DNA of 16,822 bases, taken from Candidatus Iainarchaeum sp. (GTDB taxonomy: Archaea > Iainarchaeota > Iainarchaeia > Iainarchaeales > JAZDDZ01). Position 1 is the first letter of the stretch, and every line of letters begins with the position of its first letter. The position numbers and the translations under genes are program-made. This document shows positions 15,017 to 16,822 of the stretch, piece by piece. Location of the stretch: positions 1-16,822 of the forward strand of contig JAZDDZ010000037.1 of the NCBI GenBank assembly GCA_043809245.1, in the 5' to 3' direction. Under the pieces are notes generated by a model that was not told where the DNA came from, did no database searches, and saw only the letters and a program-made list of their open reading frames with translations.

Positions 15017-16312
15017 TCACTGCGTGAAAGCGCTTGCTGTAACGCCTCCGTCCCATGAAAAGCGCGGCCTGACTTTGACAAGCCATAGTTTCTCGGTGTT
15101 GTCATCCAAAACCAGTGCAAAGCCTTTTCCGCGCGGCATTTCCTGATAGTATTTGTCAAAATTCTGGTGCATGTAACTCGGTCTAAGGTCAGAGACTGCC
15201 GCAATGTCGGGCTGGGAGGTCAAGCGATGGGAAATGAACAAATCGCACTGGCTAATGCAGTCCGGGTGCAGTTTGTTCGGGCGCTGGGTTGCAAGCACCA
15301 AGCTCAAGCCAGGCTGCCTTCCAACCCTGACCCATTCCAGCAGAACCTGCAATGCAATGCTTTGCTCGTCTTTGGGCATGAACATGTGCGCTTCATCCAC
15401 CAGCATCCAGACAATGGGCATTTCGCTTTCCCTTTTCAGCCCCTTGGTTAGGCGAACTTCCTCTTCTTTTCGGTAAAGCATTCTTTCCTCAAACAATTTT
15501 TTCCCAATCAATCCGACAATTATGTCCCTTGTGCCATCCATTCCAATTGCCTGGCGGTAAGCGGAAACATCAATTATTGTAATTTCCCCCGGCAAAGCAA
15601 GGTCCCGTATCCTTGTGCCTTCCTTTTCAATCAATCCCCAGCTCTTCGCAACCTTAAGGCGGTTGATTACAGCTTGCCTTGTGATTTTTTCTGATTCGTC
15701 ATCCCTCATTACCTGCTCGATTATTTCATCCAAGCCATACAAAGTGCTTTTTTTTTCCTGCATTTCCTCAATTATGCGGGTTAAAAGAATTCCCTCTGGC
15801 TCCCTCCAGGAAAGCTTGAACAATGCAAGCCATTCCGTTGCATCCAGCTCTGATGCCTTTAAAGTGAATGCACCGTCAACAGGAATCTCTTTTTCCCTGT
15901 AAAAAGACAGGCGGCCTTTTGGCACCAAAACCTTGACATTTGTTTTATCGGGGTTTAAGTCCCATCTTTCCAGCTCTTTTCCCTCAAGCTTGTTCGGAAT
16001 CTTCAGGGTCCAGAAAATTCCAACAGTGTCAATTGCAATTACGGAGATGCGTTTCCTTATGTCCAATGGCTGGCGCGCGAATTCCTCCAAAAGAACCGCT
16101 AAGCTGTACGACTTTCCACCTCCGCGTTTGCCGCAAATTAAAACAAGGTGCGGCTGCGCCACGTCCATTAAAATTTTTCTTCCAAGGACAGGGTTTTCAC
16201 CTGAACTCATCACGACTTTCCCAAGGTAAGCAGTGCCCTTGTCCGCGTATTTTTCAATATCGCTTTCAGAGCGCCCGATGATTGAGCTTTTCTCGTGGAA
16301 TTCAACAGCCAT
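15017..16312 (-). CDS. HerA/FtsK-superfamily ATPase (DUF87)
   Basis: Walker A GKRGGGKSY, 'AIDTVG', Walker B 'MLVDEAH', arginine-finger region 'GRQPG' and 'ATQRP'. TTTAAA at 16336-16341 lies about 24 nt upstream (leaderless). Confidence 0.88.
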   Translation of the reverse strand: MAVEFHEKSSIIGRSESDIEKYADKGTAYLGKVVMSSGENPVLGRKILMDVAQPHLVLICGKRGGGKSYSLAVLLEEFARQPLDIRKRISVIAIDTVGIFWTLKIPNKLEGKELERWDLNPDKTNVKVLVPKGRLSFYREKEIPVDGAFTLKASELDATEWLALFKLSWREPEGILLTRIIEEMQEKKSTLYGLDEIIEQVMRDDESEKITRQAVINRLKVAKSWGLIEKEGTRIRDLALPGEITIIDVSAYRQAIGMDGTRDIIVGLIGKKLFEERMLYRKEEEVRLTKGLKRESEMPIVWMLVDEAHMFMPKDEQSIALQVLLEWVRVGRQPGLSLVLATQRPNKLHPDCISQCDLFISHRLTSQPDIAAVSDLRPSYMHQNFDKYYQEMPRGKGFALVLDDNTEKLWLVKVRPRFSWDGGVTASAFTQ

Positions 16313-16363
16313 AAAATTAGAACGGCTTTCACATATTTAAAGCATTGTGCTGCCGACTCTAGG

Positions 16364-16822
16364 TGTGTTGTCCTGATTTAATGTCCTCTCTAGATTTCAT
16401 GTTGGGTCATTCTCTTTTTATGCTTTTTCTAGGAACGCCTGTAGGGGCGTTCTGAGTGAGCCGTTTTCTAGGCTCATGTGGGGTCTGTGTTCGTTGTAGT
16501 GTTTGACTGCTGTGTGTAGTGAACCGAAGTGTTTTGTGAGGAAGCGTGCTGTTTGCCACCATCGTTCTAGTTTGCCGTTTGTTTGCGGGTGTTTTACTCG
16601 TGCTTTAATGTGTTTTATTCCTAGTTTTTTGAGTTTTGTTTGGAATGCGTTGTCTGCTGGTTCTGGGCAACTTTCTCGTGGTATGCTGGTGAATTGCACG
16701 CCGTGGTCGCTCACTAATTGTCTTGGGCAACCGTATGAGTGCAGTGCTTTGTCTAAGACTTTCACACTGTTTTCTGCTGTTGCATTGTCAAACAACCCGT
16801 AGCCAACCACTAACCTGCTTGC
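16364..16822 (-). mobile_element. IS481-like insertion sequence, 3' part (truncated by window end)
   Basis: Contains an rve-type transposase. There is a sharp switch to G+T-rich plus strand. Candidate terminus TGTGTTGTCC at 16364 (IS481 ends start with TGT), next to CTAG at 16359-16362. The exact end is uncertain. Confidence 0.65.
16418..16822 (-). CDS. DDE integrase-core (rve) transposase, IS481/IS3-like, N-terminally truncated
   Basis: The frame is open to the window edge (ASRLVVGYG…). Motifs 'SDHGVQF', 'HPQTNGKLERWWQT', 'YNEHRPHMSL'. Confidence 0.9.
   Translation of the reverse strand, partial: ASRLVVGYGLFDNATAENSVKVLDKALHSYGCPRQLVSDHGVQFTSIPRESCPEPADNAFQTKLKKLGIKHIKARVKHPQTNGKLERWWQTARFLTKHFGSLHTAVKHYNEHRPHMSLENGSLRTPLQAFLEKA

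Noticed and set aside
1-16822. Composite transposon bounded by the two IS elements
   Set aside because: The elements belong to different families and the cargo includes tRNAs and housekeeping genes. Assembly breaks at repeats are more likely.
1-16822. CRISPR array or rRNA
   Set aside because: No regularly spaced direct repeats and no long non-coding region.

Overview
A 16.8-kb archaeal chromosomal segment. The archaeal call rests on TTTAAA TATA boxes about 25 nt before apparently leaderless genes, CCA-less tRNAs with G15, and a TrmB regulator. The gene repertoire suggests a DPANN lineage such as Diapherotrites/Iainarchaeota, but this is inference. Both window ends are truncated inside insertion sequences: the 3' end of an IS630-like transposase on the left and an IS481-like DDE transposase on the right. 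Between them, in order: a YhhQ/VUT 7-deazaguanine-precursor transporter, a ferritin-like + degenerate RecA/KaiC-like gene pair, a GNAT, a YvoF-like O-acetyltransferase, a HAM1/RdgB pyrophosphatase fused to a basic tail, an MFS transporter, thioredoxin reductase, tRNA-Leu(UAG), an SsuABC/TauABC-like ABC importer divergent from a double-effector-domain TrmB regulator, a DUF362 Fe-S protein, an unannotated 26-aa acidic micro-ORF, tRNA-Val(CAC), a hypothetical protein, an 840-aa secreted protein with duplicated jelly-roll domains, and a HerA/DUF87 ATPase. The most interesting unexplained signals are (1) a GC-rich, alternatively folding leader with an anti-SD hairpin and an 18-bp perfect palindrome upstream of the ABC importer, (2) the stand-alone acidic micropeptide gene, (3) the YvoF homologue and (4) the altered, fused HAM1.
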